64,000 nt of DNA, taken from Dehalococcoidia bacterium (GTDB taxonomy: Bacteria > Chloroflexota > Dehalococcoidia > UBA2979). The stretch is from the NCBI GenBank assembly GCA_965262725.1, contig OZ253555.1, forward strand, positions 1,568,001 through 1,632,000. The letters run 5' to 3'. This document shows, piece by piece, positions 34,897-44,347 of this stretch; within the stretch, counting starts at the first letter, position 1, and every line of letters begins with the position of its first letter. The notes under the pieces are model-generated. The model did no database searches. It was not told where the DNA came from and saw nothing but the letters and a program-made list of their open reading frames with translations. Made by a program: the position numbers and the translations under genes.

Positions 34897-36192
34897 TCAT
34901 GCCTCGCGCAACCCCCGGGAGCGGAGCAGCAGCGTCAGGACGAGGAGGCCGCCCGTCCCGGCAGTGAGCAGCACGGCGGCCGGCGCGCCCAGCAGCTCGG
35001 CGATCACGCCGAGCGCGGCGGCCCCGAAGGGCACGGTCCCGATGGCGAGTGAGATCGCGCCCATCGCCCGGCCACGCAGGTGTCCGGGCACGGCGGTGGT
35101 CGTGACCGTCCACTGCATCGAGGCGAAGGAGCCACGGCCGAGGCCGGCGATGAGAAGGATCGGGATGGCGACGAGCCACGACGGCGAGAGCGCGACGCCG
35201 AGCACGCAGCTCGCGACGAGCAACGAGCCGGCGACGAAGAGGAAGCCCCGCCCGGCCGCAAGCCCGACGGTCGCGATTATGCCGGTCGCGACCAGCGCGC
35301 CGAGCCCGTCCATCCCGCCCAGCAGGCCCAGGACGAAGGGCCCCTGTCCCCACTCATCTCGCACGAAGACCGGCAGCAGCTGCTGGTAGGGGAAGACCAG
35401 CAGGTTCATGATCATCGAGCCGATGAGCACGCCCCGCACCGCCGGGGTGGCCCACACGACGCGCAGCCCCTCGCGAATGTCGTCGACGAGGCGGCTTCTC
35501 GGCTCTTCCCCGCGCCCCGCGGTCGGCGCGCGGGGGGACGAGTCCGCCCACGCGGCGGATGCATCCGATCGGGCGCGCCGGCCGACCGCGCGCAGCATCA
35601 GCCAGCCGCCTGCGTAGAACGCGACCAGGACGGCGTAGGCGGCCGTGGCGCCGCCGACGAGCAGGAGCAGCCCCGCGAGCCAGCGCCCGACCATCGATCC
35701 CCCGACGAGGGAGCCCGCGTCCAGCGACATGGCGTTCACGGCGAGCGCGTCCGGGACGAGATCGCGGATGTAGGCGCGCCGCACGGGGAAGTCGATGGCC
35801 CAGGCCATGCCGGCGGCGAGGGAGACGATGTAGATCTGCCACACCTGCTCGCGCCCCGCGATCAGGAGCAGCGCGAAGCTCGCCGCAGCGGCGAGGTTCA
35901 GCGTCTGCGCGGCGAGGAGGATGCGCTGCTTCGGGAGCCTGTCCGCCTGCGCGCCGGCGAGGAGGCCGAAGAGACCCATCGGCGCCATGCGCGCCGCGCC
36001 GACGAGCGAGACCGCCAGCGGGGAGTCGGTCAGCTCCAGCGCCAGCCAGCCGAGCACGATCAGGTCCAGCCACAGCGCGGCGTTCCAGAGGTGGCCCGCA
36101 TACCACAGCAGCCGCCACGACGGCACGCCCAAGGAGGCGAACGTGCGACCCCCGATGCGGGGGCGCGGCGGAAGCTCGCTGGGTGAGGGCAT
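34897..36192 (-). CDS. MFS transporter
   Basis: About 12 TM segments, AGAQADRLPKQRIL motif A, HLRGRAMG. Confidence 0.9.
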   Translation of the reverse strand: MPSPSELPPRPRIGGRTFASLGVPSWRLLWYAGHLWNAALWLDLIVLGWLALELTDSPLAVSLVGAARMAPMGLFGLLAGAQADRLPKQRILLAAQTLNLAAAASFALLLIAGREQVWQIYIVSLAAGMAWAIDFPVRRAYIRDLVPDALAVNAMSLDAGSLVGGSMVGRWLAGLLLLVGGATAAYAVLVAFYAGGWLMLRAVGRRARSDASAAWADSSPRAPTAGRGEEPRSRLVDDIREGLRVVWATPAVRGVLIGSMIMNLLVFPYQQLLPVFVRDEWGQGPFVLGLLGGMDGLGALVATGIIATVGLAAGRGFLFVAGSLLVASCVLGVALSPSWLVAIPILLIAGLGRGSFASMQWTVTTTAVPGHLRGRAMGAISLAIGTVPFGAAALGVIAELLGAPAAVLLTAGTGGLLVLTLLLRSRGLREA

Positions 36193-36274
36193 CGCCCCCG
36201 ATAGTGCACCCGGGCGCGCTCGCATGCACGGCACCGCCGGACCCCTCCCGGCGGGGCTCATGGACGCCCCGGTA

Positions 36275-37273
36275 TCACCCCGAGCGCGCGAAGGTCTCGA
36301 TCAGGCTCCGGTAGTTCGCGATGTGGCGCTCGTGCGGGACCGCCTGCCGCGGCGCGAAGAGCACGACCTGGTCGAGCAGCCCCTCGTAGCGCTCGAGCTG
36401 GTCGCGCACCTCGGCGGCCGTCCCGTAGAGGCAGCAGGCCTCGAGCATGCGATCGGTCACGGCATCGGCAACGTCGTCGAGCGTTCCGTGGCGGAAGGCC
36501 TCGCGGACCTGCCCCTTCTCCTCGTCCCATCCGCTCGCGTCGAAGATGCAGTCGAAGACGCGGGGTGAGAGGTAGAAGCCGAGGTTCGCGGCGGCGTCGC
36601 GCCGGGCCCGCTCCGGGACGTCGTCGATCACGGCGATCACGTCGCTGGTGAAGTCGAAGTCCTCCGTCGTGAGCCCCCTCGCCGCCAGCCGCTCCTCGAT
36701 CACCGGTCGGACGGTCTCGCGCAGGTACGGGACACTGTTGATCGGGTGCCCGATCAGTCCGTCGGCGGCGTCGCCCGCCGCGCGCAGCGCGTGGAGGTTG
36801 ACGGCGGCGAGGTAGAGGGGCACGGGGAACTCGCACGGCGCCGGGCGCCCGGCCTGCATCTGGAAGAAGCGTCCCTCCCATCGCACCGGCTCCTCGGCCG
36901 TCAGCAGCGCGCGCAGCAGCTGGAGGAACTCGCGCATCCGCGGTGCGGCGTGCTCCGCCTGATCGCCGTGGATGCCGAAGAATCGGTTGAGCTGGGGCTT
37001 CACGCCCGAGCCGTAGCCGATGATTGCCCGCCCGCCCGAGAGCTCGGCGAGGTCGCGCGCCGACGAGGCGTGCACGACGGGATGAGCGAGAGGCTGCACG
37101 ATCGCCGCAGTCCCGAGCCGTACCCGCTCGGTGTTCACCGCGTATGCCGCGAGCCGGACATAGCCGGAGGGCTGTGCGCTCCACACGGAGTCGAGGCCCG
37201 CCGCCTCCGCCGCCCGCGCCAGCTCGACGCCCTCGCGGATCCCGAACTCAAGCGGCCCAATCCCCAGCCTCAT
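36275..37273 (-). CDS. LLM-class (luciferase-like) flavin-dependent oxidoreductase
   Basis: AEAAGLDSVW, TERVRLGTA, LSGGRAIIGYGSG, VPLYLAA, AGDAADG. Confidence 0.9.
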   Translation of the reverse strand: MRLGIGPLEFGIREGVELARAAEAAGLDSVWSAQPSGYVRLAAYAVNTERVRLGTAAIVQPLAHPVVHASSARDLAELSGGRAIIGYGSGVKPQLNRFFGIHGDQAEHAAPRMREFLQLLRALLTAEEPVRWEGRFFQMQAGRPAPCEFPVPLYLAAVNLHALRAAGDAADGLIGHPINSVPYLRETVRPVIEERLAARGLTTEDFDFTSDVIAVIDDVPERARRDAAANLGFYLSPRVFDCIFDASGWDEEKGQVREAFRHGTLDDVADAVTDRMLEACCLYGTAAEVRDQLERYEGLLDQVVLFAPRQAVPHERHIANYRSLIETFARSG

Positions 37274-37374
37274 CTGTCTTCCCCCACCACTGGGCGCCGG
37301 GCGCGCGCGCGGCGCCCTCGAGCGATACCACGGCGCCCGCCGCGGCGCAAACGGGGCGTTCCCCTTCGTCTATC

Positions 37375-38067
37375 ATGGCCACCGTGGAACGAGCGGATCT
37401 GCCGGAGAAGGTCGCGGAGCCCGCGTCGAGCGCGGTGCTCGTCGTCGACGTGCAGAACGACTTCGTCCACGCGGAGGGCGTGCGCGCGCCGAGCTGGCCA
37501 GACGCCGCGCACAGGGAGATGGTCGAGCGCCGCCTCCAACCATTCCTCGCCGGCGCGCGCCTGGCCGGCGCCCGGATCGTCTGGGTGGTCATGGAGCAGA
37601 CGCCCGAGACCGTGTCGGCGGCGAACGCGCGGATGAAGCGCAAGATGTACCCGCGTGGCGACGGCCCCGCCCCCGACGATGCCGACCTCTGGGCGGCTGC
37701 CGCCTGTCGCCAGGGGAGCTGGGGAGCGGAGCTCTACCTGCTCCCCGGTCCGGGGGATCTCGTGGTGCCAAAGACGCGCTACTCGGCGTTCGTGCGTACC
37801 GACCTCGAGGAGCGGCTGCGTGCCGCGGGCGTGACGAGCGTGCTCGTGACCGGCGTGGTGATGAGCCAGTGCGTCGAGTCGACGGCGCGGGATGCGTACC
37901 AGCACGACTTCGACGTGGTGCTCGTCGAGGACTGCGCCGCCGCGCGCTCCGAGGAGGAGCGGGCGGCGACCGTGCGCGCGATCGAGCAGAGCTTCGGCTG
38001 GGTGCGCCGGTCCGAGGCGTTGCTCGAGGCCTGGGGCGTGTCGAGCGAGGTAGCCGCGTCGCCCTGA
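37375..38067 (+). CDS. Cysteine hydrolase (isochorismatase/RutB-like)
   Basis: VVDVQNDF, KTRYSAF, CVESTARDA. Confidence 0.9.
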   Translation: MATVERADLPEKVAEPASSAVLVVDVQNDFVHAEGVRAPSWPDAAHREMVERRLQPFLAGARLAGARIVWVVMEQTPETVSAANARMKRKMYPRGDGPAPDDADLWAAAACRQGSWGAELYLLPGPGDLVVPKTRYSAFVRTDLEERLRAAGVTSVLVTGVVMSQCVESTARDAYQHDFDVVLVEDCAAARSEEERAATVRAIEQSFGWVRRSEALLEAWGVSSEVAASP

Positions 38068-38077
38068 GCCGGGCGCC

Positions 38078-39670
38078 TCACCAGTCCACGTACGACTCGG
38101 CGAGCTTCTCCGCCACAGCGTAGACCGTCAGGTTGAGCATCCCGCGCGGAATCGTGGGCATCACGGAGGCGTCGGCGACGTAGAGATTCTCGAAGCCGCG
38201 CACCCGGCCGGTCGCGTCGACCACCGCCTCCGGCTCATCCGGAGGTCCCATCGCGCAGGTGCCGACCGCATGGAAGTAGAAGCTGAGGTGGCCGCGCACC
38301 CACTCCCGGAGCGCCGGCCCCGACACGTGCGAGCCGGGCTCAAGCTCGCGTTCGAGCCACGGGGCGACCTCCGGGTCGCGCATCCGTTCGCGCGCCCATT
38401 CGACGGCGCGCGCCAGCGCCTCGATGTCCTCCTCGGCGCCGAAGCCGTGGTCGATGTGCGGCGGATCGCGCGGGTCGGCGCTCACGATCTCGACCCGCCC
38501 GACGCTCCGCGGCTGGACGTGCCAGGCGATGAACGGGAAGACGAGATCCTCGCCGCCGTCGCCCGCCGGCCGCTCGATCGCGAGGAGCCCATCGAGATCC
38601 TGCGTCGAGGTCAGGGTGATGTCGTAGTAGGCAAACGCGGGGTCGGTGGTCAGGCGCGCCGTGACCGACCCCCGTCGCGGGCCGCCCGCCGCCTCGAGCC
38701 GGGCCCGGGTCCCGGGGACGCCCGCGACGGCGAAGCGCACGCCGTAGTGATCCAGGAGCCGGCGCCCGACGCCCGGAAGGTCGTGCAGCGCCCTCCCGTC
38801 CCCGAGTGCCCTCCCGAGGAGCCCTGCGGGCCCGATCCCGGATCGCTGCAGCAGCACGGGGCTCCCGATCGCGCCGGCCGCGAGGACGATGCGGCGGGCC
38901 TCGACGGCTTCCTCTCCGCCCGGCGCCCGCACGCGAAGCGTGCGGGCGCGGCCCTCGCTCCACTCGATAGCCTCGACCTCCGTCTCCGCGCGGATTACCA
39001 GATTGGGACGGCCGCGCGCCGCATCGAGATAGGCCGCCGCGGCATGCACGCGGCGGCCTCCGGCAGCGCTCCGCGTCATCGCCCCGTAGCCCACGGGCGC
39101 GTTCGGGCCGGCCGGGTCGACGAGCGGCAGGCCGGCTCGCTCGCACGCCCGGGCGAAGGCCTCGAGGTAGGGCGTGCGGCGGTCGATCCGCGTAACCGTC
39201 AGCGCGCCGTCGCGGCCGCGCTCGGGATCGACCGGGCCGACCGCGGCCATGCCCTCCGCCTCGCTGAGCCGCTCGACGCGCCGGAAGGCCGGCAGCAACC
39301 CCGCGAAGTCCCAGCCCGGGAGGCCGCGGGCGGCCCAGCCGTCGTAATCCTGCCTCAGGCCCCAGTTGATCCCGAGCGCGTTGATCGAGGAGGAGCCACC
39401 GACCACGCGGCCGCGCAGGTAGGGCTGCGGTCGCCCCGAGAGCGGGGCGAGGTAGCCCCAGTCGTACGCCGTCTCGTGGCCGGGCCAGCGGTCCGACGCG
39501 ATCTCCTCGGGCCACCCGCCGCCGTCGGCCGGGCCGAAGTCGGGCCCCGCCTCCAGCAGCAGCACGCGCCGTTCGGGCCGCTCGCTGAGGCGGGCGGCGA
39601 GCACGCAGCCGGCGGTCCCGGCTCCCACCACCGCCACGTCGAAGGGCTCCCCGGCCCGGTCGCTCATCAT
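38078..39670 (-). CDS. GMC-family FAD oxidoreductase
   Basis: GAGTAG, GRVVGGSSSIN, SPVLLQRSGIG, FHAVGTCAMG, VADASVMP. Confidence 0.93.
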   Translation of the reverse strand: MMSDRAGEPFDVAVVGAGTAGCVLAARLSERPERRVLLLEAGPDFGPADGGGWPEEIASDRWPGHETAYDWGYLAPLSGRPQPYLRGRVVGGSSSINALGINWGLRQDYDGWAARGLPGWDFAGLLPAFRRVERLSEAEGMAAVGPVDPERGRDGALTVTRIDRRTPYLEAFARACERAGLPLVDPAGPNAPVGYGAMTRSAAGGRRVHAAAAYLDAARGRPNLVIRAETEVEAIEWSEGRARTLRVRAPGGEEAVEARRIVLAAGAIGSPVLLQRSGIGPAGLLGRALGDGRALHDLPGVGRRLLDHYGVRFAVAGVPGTRARLEAAGGPRRGSVTARLTTDPAFAYYDITLTSTQDLDGLLAIERPAGDGGEDLVFPFIAWHVQPRSVGRVEIVSADPRDPPHIDHGFGAEEDIEALARAVEWARERMRDPEVAPWLERELEPGSHVSGPALREWVRGHLSFYFHAVGTCAMGPPDEPEAVVDATGRVRGFENLYVADASVMPTIPRGMLNLTVYAVAEKLAESYVDW

Positions 39671-39858
39671 CGCCCCTCAGACAGCACACGGGCGGGAGAG
39701 AGGGCGAGGGCCCGGTCTCGGGCGCGACCGCCTCGAGCGCTCAGCGGCCGCAGGGCGACACCGGACCTGCTGCCGCCATCAGGACCATGCCCCGGGGTGG
39801 CGACCCGGGGCATCCCGAGGGGATCGGCCGGCGGGCACGTCGGGATCGCGTCCGCCGC

Positions 39859-40461
39859 TCACGCGCCCCGGGGGTCGGCGCCCGCAGCGGCATCACCGCC
39901 GGACTCCCGCTCCCACCGGAGATGGATGGTCCCGACGAGGAGCGCGACGCCGGCCAGGAGCACGAGGGCGCGGGCGATGTTGCGCGCGTCCCCCGCATCG
40001 GTCGCGTTAGGGGGCAGCAGGGCGCCGAGGAGGTAGAAGGAGGAGAGGATCCCGCTCGGCGCCACGGTCGTCGAGGAGAGCAGCATGAGCAGGATGCCCG
40101 CGAGAAGAAACCCGGGCGCGATGGCGTGCCATCGTCGCGAGAGCCCGACTCCGCCCGCGACCAGGACGATCGCCAGCCCGAGGTGGATGCTTCCCACGAC
40201 CGCGTTGTGCTGGATCAGTCCGGCGAGGCCCTCCGTGGAGTCCCCCGCCAACGCGTCGCCGAACTCGGGCTGGGTTCCGAGAAGCGCGTCGACCGCGGTG
40301 GTCACGGCGAAGACCGCCATCATCAGCACGAGTCCCAGGCTGAGCTGGACGGCTCTCAGTGCCAGCATGTCCGCGCCACCGAACCGGTGGGCGAGCAGGA
40401 CGGCTGCGATGATGATCCCGATCACGAATCCCGACTGAAGACCGGCAGCCTCGACACCCAT
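39859..40461 (-). CDS. Hypothetical membrane protein
   Basis: About 5 hydrophobic segments; GGAGGG RBS before ATG at 40461. Confidence 0.65.
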   Translation of the reverse strand: MGVEAAGLQSGFVIGIIIAAVLLAHRFGGADMLALRAVQLSLGLVLMMAVFAVTTAVDALLGTQPEFGDALAGDSTEGLAGLIQHNAVVGSIHLGLAIVLVAGGVGLSRRWHAIAPGFLLAGILLMLLSSTTVAPSGILSSFYLLGALLPPNATDAGDARNIARALVLLAGVALLVGTIHLRWERESGGDAAAGADPRGA

Positions 40462-40872
40462 TGCCCACCCCTCCGCGCGGTTCCGCGGCAGCATACCGCC
40501 AGACCGGGCGGGGGGCCTCGGTCCGGACGCCCTGTTCGAACTCGCCTCGCGGGCAGGTGCCCTCGCCGTGCCGGCTGGACCGGGACGATGCCCGCGCGGC
40601 GGTTGTTCGTGCGGCCGAACTCTCCTCGCCGCGTGCAGCAGCGCAGCGTCGGGGAAGCGTAGGATGCGAGGACGACCGACGGCGGACCAGTGGTGTCCGG
40701 AAACAGAATGCGGGCGGGTGCCGGAGATGGAGCTGGAGCTGAACGGGGCGCGGAGCGGCCGTCCGGGCCCGGTGCCCCGGGCGCCCGGCCTCGGGGAATC
40801 TCCGGCGGGCGCCCTCCGCCGCTCGCCCCGCCCCGGCGAGCGGGAACTCACCGCCGCCCGAGGGGGTGGGGC

Positions 40873-41541
40873 ATGAGTGCCCTCTCCCGGTCGGGCTTCT
40901 TCGTGATCGTGGCTCTCCCGCTCCTCATCGTCTCCGTCGTCGCCGCCGTCATCGCCTTCCGGGTGGGTGGCGAGAGCGAGGGACCGCCGGTCACGCCCGT
41001 GACCGCGACCGTGACCGCGACTGCCACGGCAAGCGCGACACCCCCGACGCCCACCGCGTCGCCGCCCGAGACGCCCACCGCGACACCGTCCGCATCGCCC
41101 GTCGAAACGCCCACCGCGACGCCGTCTCCGCCGGCGGTGGAGGGTTCCCCCTTCTCGCTCTCCGACCTCGAGGAGGCACTCTCACCCGCGGGCATCCGGT
41201 CCACGGATCTTTACGACCCCCGATCCGCCTGCGCGGGAACGGGCGTGGAGGGCGTGCCCCTTGTCGTCGCCGGTGACGACACGGAACGCTTCGCGGTCTG
41301 GGTGCTCTGGGTCTATCCGGACAGCGAGGCGCGGAAGCGCGACTGGCGGACGGATCAGCGTGCCGAGCCGCTGCTGGCCGGCTGCGAGCCGCCCAACGGC
41401 TTCATCTACTGGAACCGCAACCTCTTGCTCTGGTTCGTCGGGTTCTACGGTGACGGCGTCACGCCCGGATCGCCGCCCCACAGCCGCGAGGAAGTGCGCC
41501 AGCACCCGATCATCCGGGCCTTCCTCTCGCTGGTCCCCTAG
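40873..41541 (+). CDS. Membrane-anchored protein with Pro/Thr-rich linker
   Basis: N-terminal TM, TATATASATPPTPTASPPETPTATPS linker, small C-terminal domain with two Cys. Confidence 0.7.
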   Translation: MSALSRSGFFVIVALPLLIVSVVAAVIAFRVGGESEGPPVTPVTATVTATATASATPPTPTASPPETPTATPSASPVETPTATPSPPAVEGSPFSLSDLEEALSPAGIRSTDLYDPRSACAGTGVEGVPLVVAGDDTERFAVWVLWVYPDSEARKRDWRTDQRAEPLLAGCEPPNGFIYWNRNLLLWFVGFYGDGVTPGSPPHSREEVRQHPIIRAFLSLVP

Positions 41542-41849
41542 GCGTCTCAACCCGCCACGGCACGGGGCCGCCACCGGCACGCTCGGGTGAGAATGGCGCT
41601 TCATCCAGCGCCCGCCCCTCGCATCGACCGTCGCCTTCGCTTCTTCACGGCGTCCGGGAGCGCCCGCCGGACTTCCCGGGCCCCGTTCTCGAAAGCCCGT
41701 CCACCCCGCAGGCGAGGAGCGCGATCGGCTGTCGCGCGTGCAGCGTCGCTCCTTCGCCTCCCTTGTGCGACTCAACAGGCGGGCGCACGCGACCACGGCT
41801 GCCGGCCGAGCGAACTCGCGTACCATCCGCGAACCAGGGGGCTGGCACC

Positions 41850-42188
41850 GTGGCCTACGACGAGACGCTCTGCACGCGTGTGCGCGATCTGGTCGGCGAT
41901 CTCGTCGACCCCGCCGAGGTACTCGAGCGGAAGATGTTCGGCGGGGTCGCCTTCGTCGTGCGGGGCAACATGTGCTGCGGCGTCCACGGCTCCGATCTGA
42001 TCGCACGGCTCTCGCCGGAGGAGGGGGAGGCGGCTCTGGGTGAGCCCTTCGCGCGTCCAATGGACATGACCGGGCGCCCGATGCGCGGGTGGCTGCTCGT
42101 CGGGCCGGCTACCGGCTTCAGGGATGAACGGCTCGGTGGCTGGGTGCGCCGCTGCGTCGCCTACTGCCTCACGCTCGCGCCGAAGTAG
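41850..42188 (+). CDS. TfoX/Sxy N-terminal domain protein
   Basis: AYDETL, ERKMFGGVAFVVRGNMCCGV, MDMTGRPMRGW. Confidence 0.88.
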   Translation: MAYDETLCTRVRDLVGDLVDPAEVLERKMFGGVAFVVRGNMCCGVHGSDLIARLSPEEGEAALGEPFARPMDMTGRPMRGWLLVGPATGFRDERLGGWVRRCVAYCLTLAPK

Positions 42189-42293
42189 CGCCGACCGAGG
42201 GGGTCGGCACCGACCGACGGCGACTGGAACCCGGATCCGGTCGCTCGATGGCGGCGAGTGCGAGTCCTCCCCGGGTGACGCGGGTCTGGGCTG

Positions 42294-42338
42294 TGGAGCG
42301 GGGGACGGGTCTCGAACCCGCGACCTTCTGCTTGGAAG
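42294..42338 (-). repeat. 3' fragment of tRNA-Gly(TCC); attachment-site duplication marking the island boundary
   Basis: Minus strand CTTCCAAGCAGAAGGTCGCGGGTTCGAGACCCGTCCCCCGCTCCA has the anticodon loop, T arm (GGTTCGA) and CCA, but no D arm or 5' half. Confidence 0.85.
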
Positions 42339-42536
42339 TCGCGCGGTTCCTCGTGCTCCCCAAACCGCTCCGTTCAGGTTCAAAATCGCCCGATTTCGCA
42401 CCCTCTGCACGGTCGAGGCAGTGGGTCGGCTCAGGCACGTCCTTCCAGTTTGGACGCAGGGTATCTGGTTTGGATGCTGATGCCAATGTGGTGGGAGTCG
42501 TTCCCGGATCGCTCTGGTCCTCTGGTTCGGCTCCCA

Positions 42537-43150
42537 TTAGCTGTGCGTCGCGAAGAGAGCGAGCTGCGAACCGGGCGTCGGCCGCACGCGCCGGACGATG
42601 AGCCGCACCGGGACGGCGTCCGGCGCGTGTGCGAACGGCGTGTAGGTCGTCTCTGAGACATCGGCGCCGCCCTCCAGCCAGTACGGAATCTCAGTCCACT
42701 CCTGCTCGGGGATCGCCTCGATGAGTCTCCGTAGCTTCGGATGCTGGCGCACCGTGACCGAGAAGCGGACATCCATCTCGCGGCAGGCAGCGACCACCGC
42801 GTGGGAGTAGAAGCCGCTGTCGGCGCGCACCGTGAGCTGCCCGTTCGCTCCGGCATCGCGGACTCGACCCACCGTCTCCTGCAAGAAGTGGGCGGCGCCC
42901 CGGCCGCTGTACGCACGACCCGAGCGCAGCCGAGCCATCGGCACGTCACCCGTCCCGGCCGCCACTGCGAGCAGCGGGTGATAGCCGCGCGCACCGGTGT
43001 AACCGGGGTGCTGCGCCCCCTCTTTGGCGAGTCCGTAGGTCTCGCACACCGTCGAATCGAGGTCGATGGTGAATGGCGCCTCGCCGGGGCCGGACCCGGC
43101 GGCCCAGGCGCGGGCGAGCAGCGCGCGACTCACGCGGTCGAGCTGGCGAG
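42537..43150 (-). pseudogene. IS1380-family transposase internal fragment
   Basis: TIDLDST, GYHPLLA, ARLRSG, VRADSGFY; truncated at both ends. Confidence 0.8.
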
Positions 43151-43210
43151 CTCAACAGGGTCGCCTCGCCGGGAGATTGCAAAACAGCGTCGCGCGCGGA
43201 CGAGAGGGCA

Positions 43211-44347
43211 TCAGCGGCTGCCGTTCCTTGATCCGGGAACCGCCAGCCGCAAGAACTGCATCCCGGTGAGTTTCAGCGCCTGCTTGCGGTACGCTCGTGA
43301 GCACCACTCGCGGCTGACGCCCAGCTCGCCGGCGATCTCGGTTACCCGCTTCCCTTCGACGTAGCGCGTGAGGAACAGGTGCAACGGCGCCTGAAGCGGT
43401 ATGTCGCGGGCATGGGCGGCAGCGCGCTGCGCCGCATCCACGAGCAGCCCGCGCAGCGCCTGTGCCTCCGGCATCGGCGCCAGCGGGTTTGTCCGCTCTC
43501 GAACAGCCTCGAGCCCGGTGAGCGGTGAGTCCTGTAGCCAATCGAGATCGTGGAGATGCCCGTACGCCTCCAGCACGTGTTGCAGGAGAGCAGCATCGGG
43601 CCGAGAGCTGCGGGACATGGCACGAATCGCCCTGGTGGTGCTCGTGCCGATCATCTGCACGCCAGACCCGGCTGGTGCCGAGAGAAGGGAGCTGACGGGA
43701 ACAACGGTGATTCGTTGAGTCAACTCCGACCGCGCGAGACGCTGCGCCTCCTCCTTCAGGTCGGCGGCGGCTTCCGCCGTGTCCGCGCAGAGGAACACGT
43801 CGTCGAAAGCACCAACGTCCTGCAGGTGCGGGTGGAGCCCGCCAGCGTCGCCCGCCTCGATGACCTCGAAGGCGACGGACCGGGCTCCCTCCACGTCGCC
43901 GCCGCCCGGGACTAGGACCGCGACATCCGGTGAACGGTCGGGAGAGTCGAGCCCGCGACCAATCTCGACCGCCGCGTCGGGCCACGTGCGGCGCGCGTAC
44001 TCGGCGAGCCTGTGCGCGTAGTAGCGCCGTCGGTAGGCAAGAGGGCCCTGAGGCTCGTCTATGCGGACGTCAGCTGCCTCCAGGTGCCTTCGGCCGACGG
44101 GCGTGAGTTCGAGCAGCACGGACTGCCCCGATCGACGGCCCGTCGAGACGCGATGCGGACGCACGCAGCCCAGTTCGATGAGGCGTCGCCGGACCTGCAC
44201 CCCGTTGTACCGGCTCAGGCCGAGGCGCTGATCGCGCTCCAGTGCTGCCGAGAAGGGACGCGTGGCAACGTCCTCGAGATACCCGAACAGCCGCTCGCCT
44301 CTCAGAGCCTCGTCCGGCGGGTGTGGAGCGGGCAACCTGCCGCTCAT
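43211..44347 (-). CDS. Winged-helix + PD-(D/E)XK-like domain + C-terminal sigma-region-4-like HTH protein
   Basis: LLELTPVG wing, SPDVAVLV...VAFEV, YVEGKRVTEIAGELGVSREWCSR. Confidence 0.55.
   Translation of the reverse strand: MSGRLPAPHPPDEALRGERLFGYLEDVATRPFSAALERDQRLGLSRYNGVQVRRRLIELGCVRPHRVSTGRRSGQSVLLELTPVGRRHLEAADVRIDEPQGPLAYRRRYYAHRLAEYARRTWPDAAVEIGRGLDSPDRSPDVAVLVPGGGDVEGARSVAFEVIEAGDAGGLHPHLQDVGAFDDVFLCADTAEAAADLKEEAQRLARSELTQRITVVPVSSLLSAPAGSGVQMIGTSTTRAIRAMSRSSRPDAALLQHVLEAYGHLHDLDWLQDSPLTGLEAVRERTNPLAPMPEAQALRGLLVDAAQRAAAHARDIPLQAPLHLFLTRYVEGKRVTEIAGELGVSREWCSRAYRKQALKLTGMQFLRLAVPGSRNGSR

Noticed and set aside
40985-41135. Repetitive DNA in the 40873-41541 gene
   Set aside because: It encodes an ordinary Pro/Thr-rich linker.
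42294-42338. Functional tRNA-Gly gene
   Set aside because: Only the anticodon loop to CCA is present; the 5' half is missing.
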